64,000 nucleotides of DNA, taken from positions 620,001-684,000 of the forward strand of contig JBHGNT010000022.1 of the NCBI GenBank assembly GCA_043228905.1, read 5' to 3'. A program made the translations under genes and the position numbers. Source of the DNA: Azolla caroliniana (taxonomy: Eukaryota; Plantae; Polypodiophyta). The notes below the pieces were generated by a model. That model did no database searches. It was not told where the DNA came from and saw only the letters and a list, made by a program, of their open reading frames with translations. Positions 51,225 to 62,444 of the stretch are shown here, in pieces (position 1 is the first letter of the stretch; the number at the start of each line of letters is the position of its first letter).

Positions 51225-51261
51225 TTCGACGTACAAGGTACTGTCCCACGGGCGTGCCATA
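51225..51261 (+). promoter_or_regulatory. tRNA-3'-end-like motif at the PPT position of element B
   Basis: TTCGACGTACAAGGTACTGTCCCACGGGCGTGCCA-TA-[LTR]. Confidence 0.82.
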
Positions 51262-51679
51262 TGTTACCGGCCGGCAAGGAGTCCAAAATACGGAGTGAGG
51301 AATTAATTAAGTATGGTTGTAAATAAGCATAGTATGGACAGACGGACTGGAAACGGTATGCCGTTCCAGATCCGGACGGATCCCGAATAGGTGCGATAGG
51401 CACCGTTTTGTACTACGGGCCGGAAACCTATTTAAAGGCCCGGACCCCATTGTAATCGCAGCGGATAATTAATAGAGCGTATGGTGTTTATACTTCTGTG
51501 TTGATTTCCGTTCTGTAATTACTGTTATATCTTACGCGTGTAATTAACAAAAGCGCTCTAATCGTGTAACCTACGTAAGTCGGTGTAATCGTTGAGTCAT
51601 AATCCTATGCCGTAATCACCCTTTGGTGAAGTGTCTCCGTGACACCTTGTGTTAGGCCTTGTCCGGTCAGAGAACAACA
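51262..51679 (+). repeat. 3' LTR of element B
   Basis: Near-identical direct repeat of 41820-42238. Confidence 0.96.
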
Positions 51680-51684
51680 CTCCC

Positions 51685-54600
51685 GTGTTAGCCAATACGG
51701 TCCAGTCCATCTAAACCGTAGTTTACCCGGCATCTTGCCCATCCGGGTTTGGAATACTAACACCGGTTTGCCGATTGCGAACATTTTTTTGTTACCTTTC
51801 CTGTGTCGGTCGACAAATGCTTTCCGTCGCCGTTGCTCCAATTCTAAATGTAGGATGCTGGCCAGTCGTTGTTCCTCGAGCTCACACAACGTTGTCAACC
51901 TTATTGCCTCTGACTCCTTCTCGTTTAGCCGTTCCCGTAGCTGGATCCGTAAGCTAGGTACTTGGAATTCTACCGGCATGACCGCCTCTAGTCCGAACGC
52001 TAACCGGAACGATGTTGTTCGGATGCTCGTTTTGTATGTCGTCCGGTATGCCCAAAGCGCGTTGTGTAGCTTTGTGTCCCAATCCGTCCGGTTTTCGTTG
52101 ACGATCTTCCAGAGGATATTCTGGAGCGTCTTGTTTGTTGATTCCGCTAAACCGTTCGCCTGTGGATAGTAAGGTGTGCTCCGTTTGTGTACAACGGCAT
52201 AGAAGGTCACAGTCAGGCTTTCCACTACTTGGCCGAGAAAGTGCCCCCCTTGGTCACTTATTAATTCAATTGGGCATCCGTAACGACACCAGATGTACTC
52301 ATATAGAAACTTCGCCGTTGACGCAGCGGTGTTATCCCATAAAGCTTTGGCCTCCACCCATTTCGTGCAGTAATCCATAACAACGATAACGTACCGATTA
52401 CCCGTTCTCATTGACGGTGGCTTGAACGGTCCTACAAAGTCCAGCCCCCACTTTTGGAATGGCTCGAGTGGTAGTACCAGCTGGTGTGGCATACGAGCCT
52501 GCTCCGTTGGCTGGTCCATTCTCTGGCATAGGTCACATTCTTTTGCATACCGTACCACATCTCTTAATGTCGTTGGCCACCATAGGCCACTTTGCCATAT
52601 TTTTCTGGCCTTCGCATCTCCGGCATAGTGACCTCTGGCACCTCCGCAGTGGGCTTCCCTCACTATCAGTTCCTTTTCATCGCTGCGCACCGCCCGTCTC
52701 CATATGCCGTCCGCACCCTTGTGGTACAGTGTGTCTTGCAGTAAGCAGAAATGTCGGCTTTGCACCGCCAGGCGTTTCCGTTCGTCCCGATTCATCTCTT
52801 TCGGAAGCAGTCCTGTGCTCAGAAACTGGTGCATATTTGTGAGCCATTTGTCTTCCTGTGCCACCATCTCATCTACTGCCGACTCCGTAGTGACTCGAAA
52901 CAGCTCTGCATCCGGAAACTCATTCGCTACTCCGTCACCCGTCTCTCCGGACTCTAATCGGCTTAAGTAATCCGCCACGGCATGCTGTATACCGGGTCGG
53001 TGGAATATTTCAAACTCGAACTCCTGTAACAGTAAGGTCCACCGGGCCAATTTGCCGGTGAGTGACGCTTTGGACACTAGGTAAACGAGTGCCGAATGAT
53101 CTACATGGAAGGAAAACTTCCTTCCCAACAAATAATGCCGAAACTTTGTCACACTGTAGATCATCCCTAGAGCTTCCCGTTCCGTAGTAGAGTAGTTCCG
53201 TTCTGCTTGGGATAGCTTCCGGTTGGCATAGTACACTGGCCGGTACCACTTTGGTTCCGTAAGCTGCATTAGTACGCTTCTGATTACGATGTCGGAGGCG
53301 TCCACGAACACGTGAAATTCTTTACTCCAATCTGGAGGCTGCACTACCGGTGCCTGCGACAATAGCACCTTGAGGGCCTTATACGCCCTATCCTCAGTGT
53401 CGGTCCACTGGAATGGAGTCCGATGTACGGCGGCATGCAACGGTGTAGCCAGGTCGGCCAAGTATCGGAGCATCCGGCTGTGCCACCGGATCTGGCCTAA
53501 GAACCGGCTTAATGCCTTTGCCGTTGCCGGCGCCGGTGCTTCTAATATGGCTTTCACTTTGTCCGGGTCGACTGCAATACCTTCCTGGCTCACAATATGT
53601 CCTAATAAAGTTCCACTGGACACGCCAAATACACACTTTGCCGGATTCAAGCTTAGCCGGTACGCGTTACACTTTTCTAGACAAAGACGGAGGTGCTGAA
53701 AATGGTCCTCCCGGCTATAGACGGCGAAATAGTCAAGGAAAACCTGCATAAAAGCCGGTATATATTCACCAAAGATTTCCATGATGATTCGTTGAAATGT
53801 TGCCGGTGCCGTTTTGAGTCCGAACATCATCACCACGGCCACAAAGACCCCCCATTCGGTGACGAATGCCGTTTTCTCTTGGTCGTCGAGGTGCATCCGG
53901 ATCTAATTATACCCGTTGAATCCGTCTAGGAAGCTATAGACCTCATGGCCGGCGACGACATCCAACACTCCATCTGTGGACGGAAGTGGAAACGCATCCG
54001 TTATCGTAGCCGCATTGAGTTTCCGGTAATCTACGCAAACTCGAATTTTACCGTTCTTCTTCGGTACGACTACGATCGGGCTTAGCCATGTCGCTTTCTT
54101 TACCGGACGGATAAAGCCAATTCTTAGCAGTTTGTCGATTTCCTCCTTGACTTTGGCGGCATAATTGGGATTCATCCGGTACCGTCTTTGTGCCACTGGT
54201 TTTGCGTCCTTGCTCAAGTGCACTTGATGCTGGTATAACTGAGGGTCGAGTCCTCGCATATCTTCGTATGACCAGGCGAATACGTCGCGAAATTCCTTGA
54301 GAAGTGTTATCATCGTTGTTTTGTCTCCGGACTTCATCTCCTTGGCGATGTGCACCGGTTTTGCTTCGTCCGTGGTGCCTAGGTTCACCTCTTCCAGTTG
54401 CGACGCTTTCACGCGCTGTGAAACGGCCATTTCCCATTCCAACGCTTCCTGTGCTTGCCGTAACTCCCGGATTGCGTCTTTATCCGGTTCTGCTTCAGCC
54501 TCTTCCGGTTGCGGTAAGTATGGTGCTACTGCTTCGGCAATGTCAATTTCGAAGAGGGGTATGATCTTTGGGTTTTCCTGCAGGTATTGAGCTTCTTCTT

Positions 54601-57273
54601 CGTCCGCTAACCCTTCTAGCATGTTGACGCATTTTGCATACAACGGTGTACATTCCTTGCCAGTGCTCGTCCTTGGCTGTGTTGGTACCCGTACCTTGGC
54701 TTTTCCTCGCCAGAAGGTAATTATATTTTTTCGCCAATTCTGTTTGATATGTGCCGTTTTCAACCATGGCCGCCCCAACAATAGCGGGTATGCGCCTTGT
54801 GCATGTAATTGTAGCACTACGGCCGAGATGTGAAATGTATGACCGTCGACGGTGACTTCTAATTTCCGTATTAATCCTGTTGGCCGCACTGAGCTTGTAT
54901 CGGCCATCCGCAACCAGAACGAACACGGCTCCCACTCGTGGATTCCTAGGTCATCACACGTCCGGAGGCTTATTACATTCACCCAGAGCCTCCGTCTATA
55001 ACTGTGCTGGGGAGTTCTTTCCCTTTCACAATGGCAGTGATTACCGGACTGCTGGTGTCCACCACCGTTGGTCCCTCCTCTGGATTTGAGAAGAGTACCG
55101 GTGCCAATGATGGTTCTCCTGTCGTCATGGCCGTCTTCAGTCCTTCCGTGAATCTTGGCACGAGTTGTAGGAGTCTTCCTAGTGGTAACGTAATCTGGCA
55201 TTCTTGCAACGCCTGCCATGTCTCGTTCTCGGAGTGACTACCGCCGGCAAGCCCTGTGGTGTTCTCCTTTTGTTGCTGTAAGACTGTGACATTCTGCTCG
55301 TTTGCTTTCTTTACCCATTCTGTTACTTGTTTCCGGATGGTCTCCTGTGTCTCCCATTCTTTGGCCATGCCCTTCGACCTTGTGGTCACCTGCTGCAGAT
55401 CCGCCATCTCAGGGACCACCATATTTACCGCCGGTCGTTTTTCATAGCTCTTCACCGGGCATTGGTTACTATAATGGCCTTCTTGTCGGCAGTAGTAGCA
55501 GTAGGCTTTCCGGGTATTGCTAGATTCGGCATTGTCTGTGGTACCCGGGGCAGGTCCTGCGGTACCCTCGGGGTTTTGTACCGGTTGGCTACTTGGAGGT
55601 CCTTGTTCCGGATCCCGGGGGTAGCCGCCTTTTTTAAAATGCCGTTTTTTGTTATAGCTCTTCTTATTACGGTACTCTTGACGGGGTTGCCTGTTATATC
55701 TGCCGTATTCCTCCCGTTGTTGACGATACCCGGGGGAGTGCTCCCGGTCGTAATGTTCGTATCGTCTATTGTAATCCTGGTACCGATCATGCCGATCATA
55801 GTTATCCCGCCGATCACCGTACCAGACATCATTTTCCTGTCGATCGCCATACCAGACATCATTTTCCCGTCGCTCGCCATACCAGACATCCTGTGCCGGT
55901 CGGTCACGGTCCATTCGCCGCCAACGTTCATCTTCTTCATCCCGGCTGCTGCGTGGCTCAATTTGTCGGACGGGCGGTGCTTGCCGATTCAACAGATTAT
56001 ACTCGCACCTATCCGTCGTATGGCTCTTGGATTGACAGATTACACATTGCATCCTCATAGTGCATTCTAGAGCCGAGTGTCCGGAATTCAAGCAGGTTGT
56101 GCACTATATTGCTTGCCGAAACCGGAGGTCTTCATCGGACGGTAACGCCCGTTGAAGTGCTCCCAGTGTGAGCCAGGAGCTTGTCTTTTCCATCTCTCTC
56201 ACCCGGTCAATGACCTGGTCGATGGTACTTGTGCGGAAGTCGATTACCGTGCAAACCGTGCGTAGGGGTTCCTGGAGCGCGTTTAGGAATATAGTCCGTA
56301 ATTCCTCTTCCGGGGGTGCGCGGGCAAGCTGACTATGCATCCGTTGAAACCAGATGAAAAATTGGGGAATGCTCTCCCCTGCCTCTTGCCGGATGGTATA
56401 AAATAAGCCTACCATTACGGTCTGGTCCACCTCTTTTTGAAAAAAATGCAAGAATTTAGCTTTTAAGTCTGCAAAGGTATTGATGGTAGATGGGTCCTGC
56501 GTCTGGCACCATCTTGCTGCCGGTCCCTCCAATGTGACGCCAAATTCCGCTATCTTAGAGCGTTCTTCTTCCTCCGGGGTCAATCGCTGGGACACATGGT
56601 TGGCTTCCCATGTCTGTTCAAAGGCGTGCACATGAGCTTCCGCGTCCGGATCATCTCTATACTTGGAGTACTGGAACGGCATGTCGTCGTCGTCCGGTAT
56701 CGGTGCACGGGCTGGTAGTGTTGGTGCTCGTTCCGGAATCTTCTCCGGTGTCGGTGGTCTTTCCCGATTTGTTTCCGGCGTTGGTGGTTTTTCCTCTTCC
56801 TTTGGTGACGAAGGCCTCTCCTCTTCGACTTCCGGTGTCGGAGGTCGCTCTTCCTTTGTTGGTTCCGGGGGTTCCAGCGTTAGCACTTCCGGTTCCGGTG
56901 TCGGTAAGGTATCCGATCCTTCGTCCTCCGGTTCGCCCGGGGTTTCGTTGCTGCTACGGTAGTTTGTGTGCACGCTGTATTCCCCTTCGGAGTCCGATTC
57001 ATATGCTGAAAAGGCTTCTGCTTCGCCTTCTCCGTTTGCCAACGCGTGGAGAAGGGATTATGTTTCTCGGAGGCTGCTTAGGCTGCTGCCGTCGTCCGGG
57101 TGCGATGTTTGCTGTAACCAGAGGGAGTCCTCCGCTACTCTCCAGATTACGTTGGAAAACGAGCGATCCGCTCTAATTTCCTGCGCCGCTTACTGGAAAG
57201 CCTCGCGTCTCCTTTGCCTTTCGGCAAGGCGTCGAGTTCGATCTGTAACCAGGTCGTGCGTTGATCTAGACAT
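51685..57273 (-). pseudogene. gag-pol of element A, with nonsense codons at about 56104 and 53903 and a frameshift near 54985
   Basis: ORFs 56104-57042, 54979-56091, 53903-55219 and 51605-53896 are colinear with, and highly similar to, B gag-pol. Confidence 0.94.
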
Positions 57274-57326
57274 CCATCCGTGCCGTCGTTCGCTGCAAAA
57301 ACAAGAATCGTGGTCGCCAAAAACTG

Positions 57327-57760
57327 TGTTAACTCTTAGGGCCGGACAATGGCCTAACACAGGGTGTCTACGGGAGACACTTCACCAAAGGGTGTTACGG
57401 CAACCGGATTAGACTTCAACGCTTAATCCGACTTAATTATGTTACTTATTAGGATCGTCTTTCATAACAGACATAAGATATAACAATTACGACAGAACGA
57501 CAATTAACACAGAGAGATAACAACGCTTAAGCTTTCATTAATTAACCGCTAACTATTACATTGTATCCGGGCCTTTAAATAGGTTTCCGGTCTGTATTAC
57601 AAAATGGTGCCATCCGCACCTGTTCGGGATTGGTCTGGATCCGGAACGGCATACCGTTTCCGGTCCGTCCGTCCACACTCATAGCTTAATTACAACCACA
57701 TTCCTACTACTTAAATAACTCTCTGTTTCCCACTCTGGACTCCTTTGCCGGCCGGTAACA
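57327..57760 (-). repeat. 5' LTR of element A
   Basis: Direct repeat of 37961-38394; followed in element sense by CAGTTTTTGGCGACCAC. Confidence 0.96.
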
Positions 57761-58402
57761 ATGGCAAACGACTTGCCTATTGCTTTCTTCAAGCTCACAA
57801 TCTTCTTCGTGTCTTGTCCAACTATCAACATGTCATGCACATATAACAAGAGAATTAAGAATTCACCTTTATCGTACCTTTTGACGAACACATAGTTATC
57901 AACCTGTGTTTTCTGGAACCTATGTTCCACCATGAAGGACTCGAACTTCTTGTACCATTGGCTTGGAGCTTATTTCAACCCATACAAGCTTTTCTTTAGT
58001 CGACACACTAGGTTCTCTTTCCCCCTCTCCACAAAGCCTTCAGGTTGTTGCATGAAAATCTCCTCATCCAGCTCCCCATGTAAGAATGTTGTCTTGACAT
58101 CCAACTATTTGATCTCTAGATCCATGCTCGCAACAATGCTCAGAACAGTTCAGATGGATGTCATCTTCACGACTGGTGCGAATATTTCGTCGAAGTCAAC
58201 ACCCTTTTTCTATTGAAACCCCTTCACCACAATGCGGGCTTTAAATCTGGGTGTGATGTCGACTTCTCCAGTCTTCACCTTGTAGACCCATTTGTTTCTG
58301 AGTGCTCTCTTACCTTCGGTAGTTCTACCAAGTCATAGGTGTAGTTTTCATGCAAGGAGTCCATCTCATCTTGCATGGCACTTAGCCATTTCTCCTTGTG
58401 CT

Positions 58403-59370
58403 TGTCATGATCACACTCACATCATGCATCGAAAGGATCATGACACTCACATTATGATTCGAAAGGATTTGAACCCACGACCTTGTTGTACACATGTCAA
58501 ATCCTTAACCATTGTATTAGTATTCTTATATGTATAATTTTTAGAATATGAAATCTAATATCATAGGAATATTCTATTACTCTACATTCTAGAATGACCT
58601 AGAATATTCTAGAGTGTTCTATACCACTAGAACCTTCTAGAATACTCTAGAGATATTCTAGATTACTCTACATTCTAGGATAACTTAGAATATTCTAGAG
58701 TGCTCTCTATTACTTATAAATAGGGATCTACCACTCATCCCAAACCTAAATTGGTTCAACGTCATTTTGTAGCCTACTCTTTGTAATCCATTTTACTCCT
58801 CAATATAGTAAGTAATTCTCTTTCAATTATCTCTTTCTCTCTCTCTCTTGACAGTTTGAACCAATTTTTTCCTTTCATCTCTTCATCCTCCACAAACCCT
58901 AACAAATTTTCTTCTTCCTTCTCCTCTCCCCTCGTAAGCTATGGAGTCCGTGAGCAAACAAGAATACATGCGTGTTCTTTCTGAGCTCAACATGCTCACG
59001 AATAAATTTGTGGCATTAGAGCATGAGAACCAAAGGCTTCTTGGAGACCTACAACACATGAGCGCTGAAAAAGCTCAACAATATGAAGAGTTATCACAAC
59101 GGGTTCATCAACTCGAGGCGACTATATTGTCATTATGAGAGCAAGCGTCGGGGGCTTAGAACTCCCCTAGAGAGCCAAAGATCAGCCTCCCCGCCAAGTT
59201 TGATGGTACGAGGTCTTTATTTCGAGGCTTTTTGAATCAAGTTGGTCTGGTTATTCAGCTACATCCCAATCGGTATCCAACTGATGTTGCTCGTGTGGGA
59301 TTAGTTGGAACTTTGCTATGCAGTACGACGTTAGCATGGTTCACACCACTTCTCAAGAAGAAATCACCAT
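58403..59370 (+). mobile_element. Tcn1/Tf1-like gypsy 5' fragment: LTR 58403-58853 and decayed gag 58941-59370
   Basis: TGTCA...TGACA termini; TTCTAGA repeats; TATAAA at 58715; coiled-coil start followed by EPKISLPAKFDGTRSLFRGFLNQV..HPNRYPTD..GTLL...LAWFTPLL. Confidence 0.8.
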
Positions 59371-59384
59371 TTATTATTACTATC

Positions 59385-59790
59385 AGGTATTTTAGCTATT
59401 AAAGCTATTACCCACTTTTAAAACTAAATACCTATTATCAACACACTTGTTATTATCACTATAATCTATTCAAGCTATTGAAACTATGATCTACTTTTAA
59501 AGCTAAATACCTATTATCAACACACTAGTTATTATCACTATCAGCTATTTTAGCTATTAAAGCTATTACCCACTTTTTACGCTAAATACTTATTCAAATC
59601 ACATTTTTATCAGGTATTTTAGCTATTAAAGCTATTATCCACCAATGTAGGTGCCTCTTATGCATGGGTGACACTTGTCACTCATGCATCCACCTTCCTA
59701 ATACATGGTTAACACTTGCCACTCATGCACCCACTTTTCTCATGCATGGGTGACACTTGGCACTCATGCACCCACCTTCCTCATGTATAA
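59385..59790. repeat. Two short degenerate tandem arrays
   Basis: TTTAGCTATTAAAGCTATTA.CCAC about 4 times (59385-59645); (G/A)ACACTTG.CACTCATGCA.CCAC 3 times (59660-59790). Confidence 0.75.
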
Positions 59791-59852
59791 AAGGGGGGTG
59801 AGTAATCTTATCAAGGGGGAAAATAACAGTAGACGTGAAATATGATTGTAAT

Positions 59853-62440
59853 TGTTAATCTTGGGCCAGCTTAGCCACTAACACAGGGTGTCCTTTCGGC
59901 AGAATTATAATTATATCCGACTATTTCCGGGTCAGTTCCGGATTAACAACATACACATATTGATGCCATACGTAAGATAAAACCATAAGCACAGAATGGA
60001 AGGTACACAATACTCTCAAAGACAATTCTACTCGTATTCATTTCCCCACCCTTAATACATCGTTCTTCGGATCCTTTTATAGGCATTCGGTTCTGATTAC
60101 AAAACAGTGCCATACTGGCAACCAGCTACAGATCGATGCGGATCTGGATCGTTATAAATCTTCCGGATTCGTATGTTCCTATTTTAATTCTAGCTAATTA
60201 ATACTAATACTTTCCACTTCCGACTCGTTCCCCCACTTGTCTTTCATACTCCGGCTTCCGGCCAACACATGGCACGGCCGTGGGACAGTACCTTGTACGT
60301 CAAACCCATGGTTAGCCCCTTCAACCCTCGACGAGCATGTCCAATATGCTCTGGTCTAGGGTTTCGAGTGGGTCCTCATTCTGTTGTTGCTGTTCTAGGT
60401 GTTGTTGTTGTTGCTCTCCGGCTTCTTTTGGTTCAGGTATCTCCATTCTTGCGTCGGTTTCAACATTTGCACCCTTTCTGGTTCCTGCCTGCTCCCGACC
60501 GCTTTGTCCTGGTCCGCACAACTTGATGTGTTGCATTTCTGTAGTCTATTCCTCATCACTGATAGTTATTGTCGCCGCCCATTTTTTTGCTTCCAGTTGT
60601 CGTCGCTCCCGTTTATATCGTTCGAATTGTAGTTGCGTTCCGAGCTGATCATCCTCAAGAATTTCAATTAACCTTTGGACAGCTTCAAGGTGGGATTTGG
60701 CCAAGGAGCAAAAGTCCTCCGATAAATCCTCACGGATGGTGACTATACTTTCTTCGTGCATCTTGTAGAAATTGTCCCTAGTTTTTTTCCGATTCTCTGC
60801 ATCTGCGCGGAGCACTTGTAATTCCGCTGCTTGCTTTGACCATTGCATCCACACAGTCATCGAGTAGTCAACGATATTTGCCTTTGTCCGGTCTTTCCAT
60901 GTCGTGACTATCATCCGTATTCGTTCCACCCCAAGCTTGATACTATCCTTAGTAACCTTCTTTTCGTCCTTCATTTTCTTGATGAGTGCCGCTGTATCCT
61001 GAACCTGTATTTCATAGTTCAGCAGTTGGGTCTGGTAGGTGGTTTGAACCTTATCCAAAGCCATTTTTGCCCATTCCGTTTCTTCATAGTGCTTTCGATT
61101 TAGCTCCGTTTTTTCTTTTGCCACTTCTGCAAGTGCCTTTGCCGTAGTGACCGCCTAAGTGCATTCCTTTGCCAACTCCTCTATGATCTTGGCCAACTCT
61201 GTCCGGATTTCTTTCATCTTCTCTTGTTGCCGATCACATTCCGACCCAAGCCACTTGTGTTCGGCGTCTAGTTGCTTGTGGTCTCTGTGCAGCTTTTCGA
61301 AATACTCTGGTTTCTGTTTAAGGCGTCGGTTGATTTGAGAGCATGCTCAATCCTCCCGATCCTTTTGCTGTCAGATTTCTTCCTTCAGCCGCTCTATTTC
61401 TGTTTTCGCCATTCTCCGGAGCTTATCCTTTTCTTGCAACAAATTTTCTCTTTCCTCCGAAGTCAGTACTCTTCTTTAGTACTAATTCCATCTCTGTTTT
61501 AGTACTATTAGTACTAAGAGGACGGGACTGCGTAAGACTCCCGAGAGAGGAAGTGAGAAGAGGAGAGAGAGAGATAGCGAGAATGAGAGAGAGAGAGAGA
61601 GAAAGATGATGACAACAACTAATATATTATGTGAAAGATAAGTACAAAAAGGCTAAGAGGCTTAAGACTGGCGTTGAACCAATTTGGTTCAAAACAATGC
61701 CTTGTGCCTCCTTTTATAGTGTTTTTAGGAATAAGCCTGAAGCTTCTAGAATGTTCCAGAGAGATCTGGCATATACATCAATTTTCTATGATAAAGCATA
61801 AATGAAAATAATATCTTACAAATTACAATTCATAGTCTAATGGTAAGAGCTCGACCCATGTAGCATAAGGACATGGGTTCGAGTCTTGCCATATCATGAC
61901 ATTATGTGTGTGACTTTTCCGAACATTTTCCTCTAGTCTCTGCTTCTCTTCCTCGGTTGTTTGCTTTTGTGCTCTCTCTCATTCTTGCAATGCTTCATGA
62001 GCGGCAAGTTCTTCCCTTAAGATTGATATTTCCTTTTCTCATTCCGCGTCTTTTTCCAGGCTTGTACTCACCACTGGTTGTGCCTCTGTTTTCAGAGCTT
62101 CCTTCTATAGAGTAGTCGGTGGCACCGGCTCCATTACTACGCTTGTATTTTCACCCTTGTTATCCATGATGGCCACGCATTCTTTAGCCCTTTTTAATTC
62201 TTCTTCCAGGCTCCGGATTTGTGCCCGGGCCTTCCCTAATTCTTCGGTTGTGGCTAGCAACCGCTCTACCTGACTACCGACTTGTCGTTGTTCTTCTTCC
62301 ATTCGGTTGGCAACACCAGATACCTGCTCTTCGAGCCATTTCAACATTTGCTGGCAGGTTCCGTTGTCGTGAAGATTCCAGGCCATGGTGAGAAACCGGG
62401 GAATATCAGAAGAATCGGCGGAGTGCATCATGTGCACTTA
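59853..62440 (-). mobile_element. Diverged family member C: 3' LTR 59853-60267, tRNA-like motif 60268-60303, decayed extra coiled-coil ORF
   Basis: WSKQAAELQVLRADAENRKK..EDDQLGTQLQFERY, KWLEEQV..ERLLATTEEL and ..QSILDMLVEG* are homologous to the A/B extra ORF; LTR shares TAACACAGGGTGTC. Confidence 0.88.
61495..61901 (-). mobile_element. Isolated Tcn1-like LTR inserted in element C, related to 58403-58853
   Basis: Starts TGTCATGA on the minus strand; CTATAAAAGG followed by AAATTGGTTCAAC; CT tract; no clean TSD found. Confidence 0.7.
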
Positions 62441-62444
62441 CCCT

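Larger units (their letters stand above)
41820..51679 (+). mobile_element. Full-length young Ty3/gypsy element B, same family as A, inserted in opposite orientation into A's integrase
   Basis: LTRs 41820-42238 and 51262-51679 differ by about 2 substitutions and 1 indel by eye; TSD CTCCC at 41815-41819 and 51680-51684. Confidence 0.97.
37961..57760 (-). mobile_element. Full-length non-chromovirus Ty3/gypsy element A (Athila/Selgy/Phygy-like), interrupted by element B
   Basis: 434-bp LTRs at 37961-38394 and 57327-57760 (about 12 differences by eye); TSD ATGGC; gag-PR-RT-RH-INT order; no chromodomain or extra RNase H seen. Confidence 0.96.
36471..58402 (-). mobile_element. Ty1/copia host element, 3' half: LTR 36471-37088, PPT, RT/RNase H at 37120-37960 and 57761-58402, split by gypsy element A
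   Basis: LTR TGTTAGG...CTCAACA preceded by PPT GGAGTGAAGGGGGAA; MYAMVCTRPDIAF, GFTDSDMSGD..RSTSGY, LLLYVHDML; the frame KSFA|MK resumes across the ATGGC duplication. Confidence 0.92.

Noticed and set aside
51195-51225. Purine-rich GAACAATGAAGGGG upstream of the motif as the PPT
   Set aside because: About 45-60 nt from the TSD-defined LTR edge, overlaps Glu codons and the stop, and varies between copies; a canonical PPT abuts the LTR.
61831-61895. Possible genuine tRNA gene
   Set aside because: A/B boxes are present but no proper acceptor or anticodon stems; reported as a tRNA-like LTR module instead.
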